From Rhodoferax sp. (GTDB taxonomy: Bacteria > Pseudomonadota > Gammaproteobacteria > Burkholderiales > Burkholderiaceae_C), in the NCBI RefSeq assembly GCF_031291305.1, contig NZ_JARLJH010000021.1: DNA of 64,000 bases; one strand, given 5' to 3'. Both the position numbers and the translations under genes were made by a program. Numbering within the stretch: the stretch's first letter is position 1; every line of letters starts with the position of its first letter. The notes under the pieces were generated by a model. That model searched no databases. It was not told the DNA's origin and saw only the letters and a list, made by a program, of their open reading frames with translations. Of the stretch, positions 40,378 through 50,279 are shown piece by piece.

Positions 40378-40685
40378 TGAATGAAGCCACGGTTACCTGC
40401 CTGCGCCAGCAGGCCGAGCCTCTGGCCGCGCTGTCGAGTGCGCATTTGACACCGCCCACACGCCAGAAGTTGATCAGCAACGACCTCTCGGTCAATGCCT
40501 ACCCGACCACTGAAGGCGGCTTCGTCTATGTCGGTTCGCCGCGCTACGACATCCCGACAGAAGCCGACCTGGCCGCCATCTTCGAGCTGGCGGAACAGGC
40601 CGGTGTCGTCTGGCTGAAGTTCGATGCCGAGGCGGCCGTCATTGAAGGCTTGCCGGTTTTCGGCGATCCTGGAGAAACATGGTGA
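40378..40685 (+). CDS. Hypothetical protein (DUF5983-like)
   Basis: LSSAHLT...DLAAIFELA...WLKFDAEA..IEGLPVF; AAGGAG RBS. Confidence 0.65.
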
Positions 40686-41014
40686 GCCAGCATTCTGTCC
40701 ACACACGTTATCGAGACGACAAAGTCGTGGTGGTCTCGGGCTATGACCGACCGCTGAATGAACTGTTTTTGCAGGTGTTTGGCGCTGAAGATGCACCGCT
40801 GTCGAAGGAAGAATGCGTTCTCTACAGCAGCCTGCATGAGCCCCAACTCGACTGGACCAACATCAATACCGTGTCAGACAAGCTGACTGAGTTGGGCATC
40901 AAAGTGCCAGACAGCCTGCTGGAAGGCGTGTCCATGGATCAGTTATTCCATGCGGGCAACCGCATGGTTCGACACCACATCGACCGGCCACCCGAGGTGT
41001 TGCTGGCCGGATAA
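40679..41014 (+). CDS. Hypothetical protein
   Basis: 111 aa, overlaps the upstream stop. Confidence 0.7.
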   Translation: MVSQHSVHTRYRDDKVVVVSGYDRPLNELFLQVFGAEDAPLSKEECVLYSSLHEPQLDWTNINTVSDKLTELGIKVPDSLLEGVSMDQLFHAGNRMVRHHIDRPPEVLLAG

Positions 41015-41099
41015 ATTCTATGGGCCACCGCCGGGTGGTCTCAAGTCCCCCAGGGCGTCGCGCTGCAAGGCCGATGCCCTGTTTCTTTTGGAGCAATGT

Positions 41100-41810
41100 A
41101 TGCAACATCACAACACTCGGCTGGGAAAGCTGCGCCCAACCCCGCAAGTGACCCTCAACACGGAGCAGAAACTGTACGTGATCACCACCGACAATGGCTA
41201 CAGCTGCTTTGGCTTCGACAATGCCCGCGACCACGCCAATCAGATGGCGCAGCGCCTGAACCGAGCCGATTTGTCTTTCACCCCGAGCGACTACGCAGCG
41301 CTCGCCGGGTATAGGAAATATGAAGAAGCAGTCTCAACCTGGTCCCGCTCATCCCTGACCAGACAGACTTACTTCGATCCGGGGACGGATCCCAAAGTCG
41401 CAGCTGTTCTTGAAACGCGGCGACAAACAAGCGACAAAGTGCGACTCGTTTTGGGAAACACTTGCACAGGAGCGCCATGGCTGAATGAATACGATGTGGT
41501 CGGCAAGATTGGCCGCTCGGACGGTAGTCTCAAAGTCCCGCTGTTGATGGAAGACGGTGAGTCAGGCGGCGGTGCCATCCTGACGGCTTGTGTGCTGAAC
41601 ATCATCGACTGGAAGTCGGGGCGGGCGCTGTACCGTCACCCAGCCTACCTGGAGCCTGAACTCAGTTTGCAACCATCGGACGTGCCTGAGCGCCCCTGGG
41701 CCGTCATTCATCTCAATGAAGTGATTGCCCGGTTCAAAGAGATGGGCAAGGCCTGCGCCTACATCGCGTTCATGCGGGGAGAAACGATAGAGCCGCGTGT
41801 CTTTCAGTAA
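41100..41810 (+). CDS. Hypothetical protein
   Basis: 236 aa, GGAG RBS. Confidence 0.7.
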   Translation: MQHHNTRLGKLRPTPQVTLNTEQKLYVITTDNGYSCFGFDNARDHANQMAQRLNRADLSFTPSDYAALAGYRKYEEAVSTWSRSSLTRQTYFDPGTDPKVAAVLETRRQTSDKVRLVLGNTCTGAPWLNEYDVVGKIGRSDGSLKVPLLMEDGESGGGAILTACVLNIIDWKSGRALYRHPAYLEPELSLQPSDVPERPWAVIHLNEVIARFKEMGKACAYIAFMRGETIEPRVFQ

Positions 41811-41851
41811 CGCAATAGCTCGGCAATGCCCGACAAGCCACTCGCCATGGG

Positions 41852-42355
41852 TCACACCACGGCGGGCGCCGGTTCGTCGAGGGGTGGTGTGCGAAAAATC
41901 TCCCGTGACGAAGGATGCGCTGCCAAATAAAGGGGCAGCTCTTCCGCCGCCCATGGCACGAAAACAATATCGGTGACCCCGGCGCATGACACGATCTTGT
42001 CCAGCTTGTGGGGATCGACGAAGGCCGCCACGACCGGACCTTCCAGTTTCCGGAGCTGGATTTTTTCGGTCAGTAGGTGGATCGTGATCCCTTTCAGCTC
42101 CAGCTTGTTGTCCCGATCCAGCACCTTGACCACGCTGTCACCAAAGACGGTGCGCACAACGCCGTCCAGATTGCTTTTGTTGTGGACCGCCAAACCCATG
42201 CACACGCTATTGCGCTGTTGCATCAGCGCGCTGCAATGGAGGAATGCAGCGCGCAGGGCCGCCTCATCCGGCCCCACGGAATGGGTATGAAAATGTTCAG
42301 GCGTCAAACTGGCTCCTCTGTCACCGAGATATATTGATGGAATAGTTGCAGACAT
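41852..42355 (-). CDS. Hypothetical alpha/beta protein
   Basis: 167 aa downstream of the SbcC-like gene. Confidence 0.65.
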   Translation of the reverse strand: MSATIPSIYLGDRGASLTPEHFHTHSVGPDEAALRAAFLHCSALMQQRNSVCMGLAVHNKSNLDGVVRTVFGDSVVKVLDRDNKLELKGITIHLLTEKIQLRKLEGPVVAAFVDPHKLDKIVSCAGVTDIVFVPWAAEELPLYLAAHPSSREIFRTPPLDEPAPAVV

Positions 42356-42396
42356 TTTGCCAAAAGTGAAACCTCAACTGCTGCGGGTATGCCGCG

Positions 42397-44874
42397 TCAA
42401 ACGGCCGGGTACGCCGCAGGTTGCACTGCAAGCATATAAGCATCCAGATCAATCACCACGTCAGCCAGGGCCGTCAGCTCTGGCGTCTGCGACACGAAGA
42501 ACTCCCGTGAGTAGCCGCCCAGGCGCAAGACTTCCCGTTTCATCGCCATGAACATGCGTTTGCGCTCGCAATCCAAGGGTCCGTCGGACTCATCCGAGAA
42601 TAACGTCGCATAGTGCCGCCCAGAGTGCTGGGCCAGGTACAGGGCGACGGCCCGGGTCAGGCATTCATTGATCCAGACGCGCTCACCCCCACTCATCAAA
42701 CCGACGCTCTTGCTTTCACCCGAATCGCCGTCGTGCACCACGATGTCAAAACCTTCCCGCTGTTCGCCCTTACCCGTTTCCACCAATGTATGGATGGACA
42801 CGGTGAAGCGCGGACCATAACAGGCCAACAACAGGTCGTTCGCCAACCCCGACAAGGCCGGACCGGCATCGTCAATCGCCAGGGCAATCAAGCCGTCGTT
42901 ACTCATGCAACGCGCGAACAAGTTCCAGCCGCCCAGCTCGACCTCCACACGGGCCATGCGAGACGCCAGCGCCCGTTGCCGACCAGCGAGGGTCTGGGCC
43001 TGATGGGCTAAGGTCTCGACCTGCTGCGCTTCCCGTACCGCGGCCAAGTGCGCGTGCTCGGCGGCCGCGAGCGCCGCTTCGGCCTGAGTCATGTCCTGGA
43101 CAGTCACCGCCAGTTGGTGCTCGTCGTAGGGCACAGGCATCGCTGCCAAGGCGTCGTCCAGCCGATCAAGCGCGCTGCGAAAATGCAGGGACTGTCGCGC
43201 CAGTTGCTGGACAACGGCCTGCCGTGCCGCGCCAATCTGCTGACGCTCGGTCTGCTCTTCGGAGGTCTCTGCCGCATCCGACGGATCGGCATGACACGGC
43301 TCCAGTGCCGCCAGGGCCTTTTCGGCGCTGGCCAGTGTGGTGCGCGCCTGAGCCATTTCGCCTGACTTGGCCGCCAGCACGGCAAGCCGCGACGCACGCG
43401 CCTGGGCTCGATGGTCCCGGTGCTCAGCCCACGCCAGCGCCTGCGCCGCATCACCCAACCCATCCCTCTCGCGACGGACAGTCGCCAACTCCGATTGCAC
43501 CTGCGTCCGCTCCAGTGCCAACCGGGTGATCTGTGCCTTGGCACTCGGGATCAAGGCTTGGGCCTCTCGGGCATCCCCCAGCAACTTGCATTGACCCTGC
43601 AGGTCACTTCCGGCACACGGCACCTCGCCCGTCAGACCGAAGCGGTGGGCCAGTTCCTCGGAATGCAGCACCGCTTTGCCAGCCTCCCGCTCAATCCCCG
43701 CCAATTTCTGCTCGGCGACACGCCCAGCCCCTTGGCATTGGGTCAGCCGCTGGGCTAGTTGGCGACAAGTCAAGGCCTGCGCGGTGCGCAATGACACAAC
43801 ACGCTCGGCCAAAGGCAAACGCGCGACGGCATACGCCACCCCCCCTGCCGCATCCAGCACCGCCCGGCACTGCTGTTGGGTGTCCTGCAATGCCTGCCTG
43901 CGGGCGCGCTCCTGACGCAGCCGAGTCTCGATACGTTGCACCAAGCGTTCCAGTCGATGCTGCTCGCCTTGATCCTGCGCCTTGAGCGCCGCAATGGTCT
44001 GGCTGCCCGCGTCAACCAGCGCCTTGCGTTCGGACAGCCATTGCGCTCGCTGCCTCTCAGTGGCCAGCGACTGCTCACGCTCGGCCGTCAACGTGGCGTG
44101 CCCCGCTCTGGCGACATCCAGCGTGTGCTGTGCCAGTTGCCGAGCGGCAAGGCCTTGCGCCACCCGATCCGATGCGCCGTCAAGCCGTCGCCGCTCGCTC
44201 TCTACACGCCCGGCATCCTCGTCGAGACCGGCCAGTTCCAGCCGGATGCCCGACAGCCCGGCCTTGAGCAGCCGCGCCGTCTCCGCCGCGTTCTGCCCCA
44301 GGGTACGGATTTCCTCCTGTCCGAGCAAATCGGCCAACAGGGTCTTGATCTCGGCGTTGCGGTAAGTGCTGAGCTGGCGCCTGCCCTGCGCAGCGAACAC
44401 CGATGTGAAAAAGGTGTCGGCGCTGCCGCTGATCGCCTCCACGCACCGGGTGTAAGTCTCCACCTTGCCATCAGAGACGGTGCCATCGTCCAGTCGCAAT
44501 GGCACCCAACTGCCCACATCACTGAGCGCGAACAGGAATGCCTCGGTCTTGCGCCGACCATTGAGACGGATCACCACTTGCGAGCGGTAGCTGCGGCCCT
44601 CGTGCGCCCAGCACAAGTCCTTCTCGTTCTCCGGCAGGCAGACGTGGTCGTAATATGAAAAACCGCCCGGACCCGCCACGGCGGCGCGCGAGGGCATGGT
44701 CAGGTAGGGGTGCATGTTGTCCATGACGGTGGTCTTGCCCCGTCCATTGGCACCAGCCATGGCAACCAGTTCGGCGCCATCGGCCAATCGTTCGAAGTCC
44801 AGGCTCAGCGCGTCGCGGCCCAAGCCATCGCGTATACCCCGAAACCCTTTGAGGGTCAGTGAAAGAATTTGCAT
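42397..44874 (-). CDS. SbcC/Rad50-like SMC ATPase
   Basis: GANGRGKTT Walker A, coiled coils, MSGGE signature, LFSDESDG Walker B, FVSQ. Confidence 0.85.
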   Translation of the reverse strand: MQILSLTLKGFRGIRDGLGRDALSLDFERLADGAELVAMAGANGRGKTTVMDNMHPYLTMPSRAAVAGPGGFSYYDHVCLPENEKDLCWAHEGRSYRSQVVIRLNGRRKTEAFLFALSDVGSWVPLRLDDGTVSDGKVETYTRCVEAISGSADTFFTSVFAAQGRRQLSTYRNAEIKTLLADLLGQEEIRTLGQNAAETARLLKAGLSGIRLELAGLDEDAGRVESERRRLDGASDRVAQGLAARQLAQHTLDVARAGHATLTAEREQSLATERQRAQWLSERKALVDAGSQTIAALKAQDQGEQHRLERLVQRIETRLRQERARRQALQDTQQQCRAVLDAAGGVAYAVARLPLAERVVSLRTAQALTCRQLAQRLTQCQGAGRVAEQKLAGIEREAGKAVLHSEELAHRFGLTGEVPCAGSDLQGQCKLLGDAREAQALIPSAKAQITRLALERTQVQSELATVRRERDGLGDAAQALAWAEHRDHRAQARASRLAVLAAKSGEMAQARTTLASAEKALAALEPCHADPSDAAETSEEQTERQQIGAARQAVVQQLARQSLHFRSALDRLDDALAAMPVPYDEHQLAVTVQDMTQAEAALAAAEHAHLAAVREAQQVETLAHQAQTLAGRQRALASRMARVEVELGGWNLFARCMSNDGLIALAIDDAGPALSGLANDLLLACYGPRFTVSIHTLVETGKGEQREGFDIVVHDGDSGESKSVGLMSGGERVWINECLTRAVALYLAQHSGRHYATLFSDESDGPLDCERKRMFMAMKREVLRLGGYSREFFVSQTPELTALADVVIDLDAYMLAVQPAAYPAV

Positions 44875-44964
44875 GATCGTTCTCCTGAAGAATGACGGAA
44901 CCAGTTTCTCGCGTTGGAGGTGTTGTTCAAGTCCATCGGCACGCTGGAGGGCACCGTCAGACCG

Positions 44965-46281
44965 TCAGTCAGCCAGTTCTGGCTGACATTGCGCCTCCGA
45001 GATTGATGTCAAATCAGGCGTCACCGCCACCGCAGGCGTCCCGGTTCTGCTTAGGGCTCGCTCGGCAATCGCTTGCGGTGTCTGGCTTGCCAGTGCCTGC
45101 AGACAGTCCAACAGTGGGTCGGGTTTCGCGTCCGTGGACTTTGCCCAGGCCCGCACCTTGTCGGCCAGGCTGGCAAGTTGGGAGATGCCTGCTGCCCGTG
45201 TGCGCACCACCGGCACGATGCGCCCTTCGAGCTTGATCTCAGTCGCACCCTGCAGCAACTTCTGGATCGCCGCGCGATTGACTTCGTGCCGATCCTCGTC
45301 GGCCACGGTCCAGCGCAGCCGCACAAAAGCACCCGCAATGTCCTCTCGTTGGACGACTTCACGCAGCACCTCAAGGTCCGGTTTGCCTTCAAACACGATG
45401 TCGATGGCTCGGCGTGCCGGTGTACGCTCAAGCGTGAAGCGCACCTCGTTGGTGCCAATTTCCCACAGCAAAAAACCTTTGTCGCCCTCCTCGCCATAGT
45501 GAAAGCGTCCAATAGAGCCGGGATAAGCGATGCACTGAGGCCTGGCCCTGCCCTGCAAAGCGGTTGCCTGATTTTCCCAAGCCTGGTGCCGGTGAATATG
45601 GCCCAACATGAAGGCTTGAGCCTGCGCGCCAAACAACGCACCAGTCGTGAACTCGTGATCAAAGGCGGCCATGGGCACGCCATGCTCCGAGATACAACCA
45701 AACACCGTGCCGTGCGACACGCCGATGGTGGCCAGACCTTGCCTGTGGGCCAGCTGGTTGCTGGCGGCAAACCCACGCAACAGCCAAGCAAGATGTTCAC
45801 CCACCGCTTGCGCCGCCGAACTGGCACCTACAGTCGCCGCGACCACCGCCTTGTTCACCGCTGGCACGCAAGAAAACAGGGCACGCAGCCCGGCTGGCAG
45901 GGATGTGAAGCACCAAGCTTTCGATGCCACCCAGCGGCCCTGCGTCGTGAGCCCGACTTGTTCAATTCGGTCCGCAACGTAGACCGGGTAGCGCCCGCCC
46001 AACAACCGAAACAGTGAGAGGGTGCCCGGCGGTTCGTGCGAAAACGTCCCTTGCAGCATCAGCACCGGACAATGCTCAGCCAGACGCCGGATGTTGCGCG
46101 CCAGGTGCTCCGCAGCAGGCGAGTGCAGATCCAACGCATGGTCCGTCGAATCACCCGACACCACGGCAGCATCCACTTTCAGGTGGATGGCGCGGTCAAC
46201 CGCATGGCTGAAGCAACGGTCAGCCTCAACCAGATTCTTGGTGCTGTAGTGAAGATCAGAAAACTGGGCCATACGGATCAT
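44965..46281 (-). CDS. SbcD/Mre11-like metallophosphoesterase nuclease
   Basis: SDLHY, SGDSTDH, GTFSHE in place of GNHD, SHG, LGHIH, YPGS. Confidence 0.8.
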   Translation of the reverse strand: MIRMAQFSDLHYSTKNLVEADRCFSHAVDRAIHLKVDAAVVSGDSTDHALDLHSPAAEHLARNIRRLAEHCPVLMLQGTFSHEPPGTLSLFRLLGGRYPVYVADRIEQVGLTTQGRWVASKAWCFTSLPAGLRALFSCVPAVNKAVVAATVGASSAAQAVGEHLAWLLRGFAASNQLAHRQGLATIGVSHGTVFGCISEHGVPMAAFDHEFTTGALFGAQAQAFMLGHIHRHQAWENQATALQGRARPQCIAYPGSIGRFHYGEEGDKGFLLWEIGTNEVRFTLERTPARRAIDIVFEGKPDLEVLREVVQREDIAGAFVRLRWTVADEDRHEVNRAAIQKLLQGATEIKLEGRIVPVVRTRAAGISQLASLADKVRAWAKSTDAKPDPLLDCLQALASQTPQAIAERALSRTGTPAVAVTPDLTSISEAQCQPELAD

Positions 46282-46400
46282 GGTGAACTCCTGAACGGGT
46301 GTTTGGAAAATATGTGAAGGCCTCAACAGCTTCCCCTTGATTTCCAAATCATCAAGGGTGTGTTCGGAGCCCAACGCGGTCTTGACGGACTCCTGCCCGC

Positions 46401-47711
46401 TTACCTGCGCCCCTGCATCGCGCAGTCGATCTTGTCGAGATAGCCCTTTGGGTCGTTTCGATACCGCTCCAGTTCGTCATAAGCGTGCTGGCGACCGAAA
46501 GCATTCAGGCGCCAACCTCGCCCCCAGCGCTGATCAGCGTAGGCTTCATACTGGGTCTTGTCGATGCCATAGGACCTGGCCCGATCACTGACCTGTTCGA
46601 ACGTCGGCCCTTTCACGGCGATCTCTTTCCCATCTGCCTGGTCGTCGGGTTGGCTATCGACTGGCTCTGTTGCGGGGGACATTGGATTGGCAGTGGCAGC
46701 GGCAGCGCCGTTATCCAGACCCCTGGCACCTTCCAGCACCTGAACCGCCTGCCGAGCCTGCACGATGACAGGACCTTCATCCTCGTTGTGACGTATCAGC
46801 GCCGTCACATCAACAGGGGCTTCCAGATCAATGATCCATTGCGGCACCCGCACCGCCCTGCCCTGCTCGTCGATGCGTGCCACCTCCATGCGCTTCTTGG
46901 TCAAATAAAACGGCGTGCGCTGGCTGTCCAGAAAGCCCGAGATGCGCCCGCCACGCAGGAAGCTGAGGGTCTCAAACTTCTGGATGGCCATGTTCATGGC
47001 GTAGAAGCTGTTGGTATGCAGTTCGAAGGCACTGATGGATCGGATGCCGGGGATGAAAAAGAGAAAACGACCCGTCAGATTGCACTGGCGGCGCTGGTAT
47101 TCGCGGCAGGATTCCGGGTCGCACAAGCCGCCGCTCTGAGCGCGCAACATTGTTTTGCGCCCGCCGAACAGCCGAATCACCCGCTTGCCGGTGTCATCGA
47201 AGGGCACGGTTGCGTGCTGTTTGCAGTAGCGCACACGGCCATCGAGCGAGTACTCCGACCAGTAGTGCTTTTCTGCCGCACCCCAGGCCGCCAGTTCGTG
47301 GGGCATCACCACTTGCCAGAAGTCGGACGGAAACACGACCGGGAAACGGTACAGGCGTTTGATGCCATCACCTCGGTCTTCGCTGTGAGCCTCCAGAATC
47401 TGGCGGGCGATCTCTGGATTGGAAAAATCCTGGCCACGAACCGTGAACCAGGACACGTTCTTGGGCACCAAGGGGGATTTCAATTGGGGCAGCGCCGTGG
47501 TGAGCGCCTGCTCGATCTGGACAAACGAGTCGCCCTCAGCGACGCCCCGCTCGTAGATGGCACGGGCATCGGGGTGTGCCGCCGCCTTGGCCGTCAGAAC
47601 CTTGATGCCAGCGCGGATCTTGCCCCCGGTGGGAATCCGTGCCGGGCCTTGTCCCAGCACGGTGGGCAGCGTTGCCTGGCTGCCATTGACCTTGACCACT
47701 GCATTCGACAT
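46401..47711 (-). CDS. Gp3-like (phage recombination-associated) protein
   Basis: GKIRAGIK, Cys cluster CDPESC...QCNL, RFLFFIPG...LHTNSFY; GAAGGAG RBS; family assignment from memory. Confidence 0.5.
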   Translation of the reverse strand: MSNAVVKVNGSQATLPTVLGQGPARIPTGGKIRAGIKVLTAKAAAHPDARAIYERGVAEGDSFVQIEQALTTALPQLKSPLVPKNVSWFTVRGQDFSNPEIARQILEAHSEDRGDGIKRLYRFPVVFPSDFWQVVMPHELAAWGAAEKHYWSEYSLDGRVRYCKQHATVPFDDTGKRVIRLFGGRKTMLRAQSGGLCDPESCREYQRRQCNLTGRFLFFIPGIRSISAFELHTNSFYAMNMAIQKFETLSFLRGGRISGFLDSQRTPFYLTKKRMEVARIDEQGRAVRVPQWIIDLEAPVDVTALIRHNEDEGPVIVQARQAVQVLEGARGLDNGAAAATANPMSPATEPVDSQPDDQADGKEIAVKGPTFEQVSDRARSYGIDKTQYEAYADQRWGRGWRLNAFGRQHAYDELERYRNDPKGYLDKIDCAMQGRR

Positions 47712-48220
47712 GGGTGCACTCCTTCATGAATCGCGAAAGAATTCGCTGATTCATGCTCTCGTGCAAAACGCCTTTGTCAACAAGACTATCCGAAGCGGTG
47801 GGGCGCAAACAGCGCCCAATTCATCGATTCGTAAGCAGACACCTGCTCACCGGCTGTTCTGTCCTTGGAAGCATAAGCGCTCCGCTTCGGAACGTTGATT
47901 TTCCCTGTTAAAAGTAGGCCACCAGAAAAAGGACCCGACACCCAACCGGCAACCCAGTGACTCTTCAAGGCTGACTGCTGTCAGTCAACTTGCCGAAATG
48001 CATCAGCCAAACCGGTCATTCATACCCGCTATTTAAGCTCTGCAATATGACTTTGATTTCGATGGTCAAAGCATCCACGATCGAACCATCTAATGTCAAA
48101 CAAACGCATGGAGTCCAAAAAAGTGGTGATTGGTCAACATTGATAGCTTGTAAATGATGGTCAAGACATTGGACTTTCACCCGTCCAGCTCGGTGGCTCA
48201 ATATTCGATCAACCCCAGCA

Positions 48221-49024
48221 TCAGACCTCCACCAGGAGACCTTTGTCGAACGCGTCGTTTTCGAGAATGATGTCGTGCACCGATGTGGACTCGCGGAGGT
48301 TGCAGACGTAACCCGCCGGATTCGCGACGACCCGGCATCGCCCGACCTGGTAGTCCGCCGAATCGTGAAGATGACCATGCAACCAGATATCCACCTGGGG
48401 CATCAGGTCCGACAGATCGCTCACAAAAGCCGCATTGAGTTCGTTACCGATATACCGGGGGTGTATGGACAGCGAATGCGGCGCATGGTGGGTGACCACA
48501 ACCGTTTTGCCATCAAACGGCTTGGACAGCTCGGTGACCAGCCACTTGCGCGTAGCCTCGTGCCGTTGCAGCGCATGTGCAGCGGTGAATGGCTTTGAGC
48601 CGACACGAATTTTCAAGTGATCGTTGAGCCTTTGCTCAGCATACGCCATGAGTTGGCTTTGTGGTCGATTCAAATCCAGTCGGTAGTCAGTCCACAGAGT
48701 GGCGCCTAAAAACCGCACCCCATCAATGTCGAGACGATCCATTTCAAGGAAATGAATGTTGTGAACTACCGCCGCTTCACGCAGCTTTTGGTACATCGGG
48801 TTGATGGGGTGACCGTAAAACTCGTGATTGCCCGCGATGTAAATAATATGGCGCGGTTTCGCCGATGGCCAGTCAGCAAACAACTCACATGCTTGTACCC
48901 CGTTTGCGACATCCCCGGCCAGGACGAGCACATCTGCACCCGGCACCCCGGCGATGAGTCGTTCACCCGACCATTTGCGCTGCAATAATTCGAGATGGAG
49001 GTCAGAGACAAGCTGGATTTTCAT
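48221..49024 (-). CDS. Calcineurin-like metallophosphoesterase
   Basis: SDLHLE, LAGDV, GNHEFY, THHAP, HGHLH. Confidence 0.9.
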   Translation of the reverse strand: MKIQLVSDLHLELLQRKWSGERLIAGVPGADVLVLAGDVANGVQACELFADWPSAKPRHIIYIAGNHEFYGHPINPMYQKLREAAVVHNIHFLEMDRLDIDGVRFLGATLWTDYRLDLNRPQSQLMAYAEQRLNDHLKIRVGSKPFTAAHALQRHEATRKWLVTELSKPFDGKTVVVTHHAPHSLSIHPRYIGNELNAAFVSDLSDLMPQVDIWLHGHLHDSADYQVGRCRVVANPAGYVCNLRESTSVHDIILENDAFDKGLLVEV

Positions 49025-49257
49025 GGCGCGGACATTTCAGTTGGCGCGTCCTGCCAGGGCACCTTTCCCTTGCAACATGAAATTTCGAGCTGCGCAGGCG
49101 AGTCCAATGTGGGATCCCTTCTCGGCGCCGGAGTCGTGCGACAACGTAGCTGGCGCCAGTCAACGCAGCTCAGGCCTGCATACAGTGGGTGGCCGTATTT
49201 GGCTCGCCAGTCCCCGGCGCAACGTAGAGCGCCGGTTCGTTTAGCTCGCTTCGTCAT
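49021..49257 (-). CDS. Small hypothetical protein
   Basis: 78 aa; GGGAG RBS; stop overlaps the phosphoesterase ATG. Confidence 0.4.
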   Translation of the reverse strand: MTKRAKRTGALRCAGDWRAKYGHPLYAGLSCVDWRQLRCRTTPAPRRDPTLDSPAQLEISCCKGKVPWQDAPTEMSAP

Positions 49258-49429
49258 GATGACTCCCTTTCGTCAGCGTGTCGGTAGAGAGTTGGCTCCT
49301 GTCCGACATTGACATCCCAATGAAGAAATAGTTCGGATCGTTTGGTCGGCGCCCTTCCTCCAAAAGTTCTAGCCTGATGTCCCACAGACTTCCCAGCGAT
49401 CGACGATTTGTGGAACAATGTCCCTCAGT

Positions 49430-49496
49430 GGAGATGGCATTCCTCCTGGAGCTTTCGAGTTCCAAACCGCCCCGCACTGGGGCCGATGATGCCTAC
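49430..49496 (+). ncRNA. Fluoride riboswitch (crcB motif)
   Basis: GGAGATGGCATTCCTCC...AAACCGC...GCCGATGATGCCTAC fits the consensus; directly upstream of crcB. Confidence 0.95.
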
Positions 49497-49561
49497 GTTT
49501 TAACCCGGACGGGTTGCGTAGGCGTTCCTGTCCAAATGTCATCATTGGAGCGGACAGGGTC

Positions 49562-49945
49562 ATGTGGAAATCCATTATTGCCATTTCTTGCGGTGCTGCC
49601 ATTGGGGCGCTTTTGCGCTGGCAACTCGGAATTAGGCTCAATAGCGTTTTTCCATCACTTCCACCTGGCACGCTGGTAGCCAATCTTGTAGGAGGCTACG
49701 TCATCGGGCTGGCCATCGCATTTTTTGCACAGGCCCCCAGCATTGCACCAGAATGGCGCTTGCTGATCATCACCGGCTTCTGCGGTGGTTTGACAACCTT
49801 CTCGACCTTTTCAGCCGAAGTTGTAAGCTTGCTGGAAGTCAACCGACTGGCGATGGCGATGGGCAGTGTTGCCACCCACGTCATTGGATCTCTGACCATG
49901 ACCTTGGCCGGACTTGCCACTTGGCAATTGTTCAAACACGCTTGA
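49562..49945 (+). CDS. crcB: Fluc/CrcB fluoride channel
   Basis: [33 protein letters not shown]. Confidence 0.95.
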   Translation: MWKSIIAISCGAAIGALLRWQLGIRLNSVFPSLPPGTLVANLVGGYVIGLAIAFFAQAPSIAPEWRLLIITGFCGGLTTFSTFSAEVVSLLEVNRLAMAMGSVATHVIGSLTMTLAGLATWQLFKHA

Positions 49946-49955
49946 GGAGATGCGC

Positions 49956-50279
49956 ATGAAAGGCTATCAAATCACATTTTTCACCCAACAGGACCGTCGC
50001 CACAAGGGTAAGCCCTTGGCTGAATGGCTGTTGTTGGCTGCGCGTGATCTGGGTGTACGCGGTGGCACGGTGGTGGCGGCCAGTGAAGGGTTCGGTCAGC
50101 ACCACCGGATCCATTCAGCGCACTTCTTTGAGCTTGCTGACCAGCCACAGGAGGTTGTCATGGCGCTCAGCGACGATGAATGCAAGCGCCTTTTTGCCTT
50201 GCTCAAAGCCGAAAGTGTGCACCTGTTTTACGTCAAAACGTCAGTTGATTTTGGTTTGACTGGGGAAGACGCGCCATGA
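49956..50279 (+). CDS. DUF190-family (PII-like) protein
   Basis: GVRGGTVVAASEGFG; usual crcB neighbour. Confidence 0.85.
   Translation: MKGYQITFFTQQDRRHKGKPLAEWLLLAARDLGVRGGTVVAASEGFGQHHRIHSAHFFELADQPQEVVMALSDDECKRLFALLKAESVHLFYVKTSVDFGLTGEDAP

Noticed and set aside
48016-48220. AT-rich minus-strand ORF tail downstream of the phosphoesterase
   Set aside because: No recognisable motif or RBS
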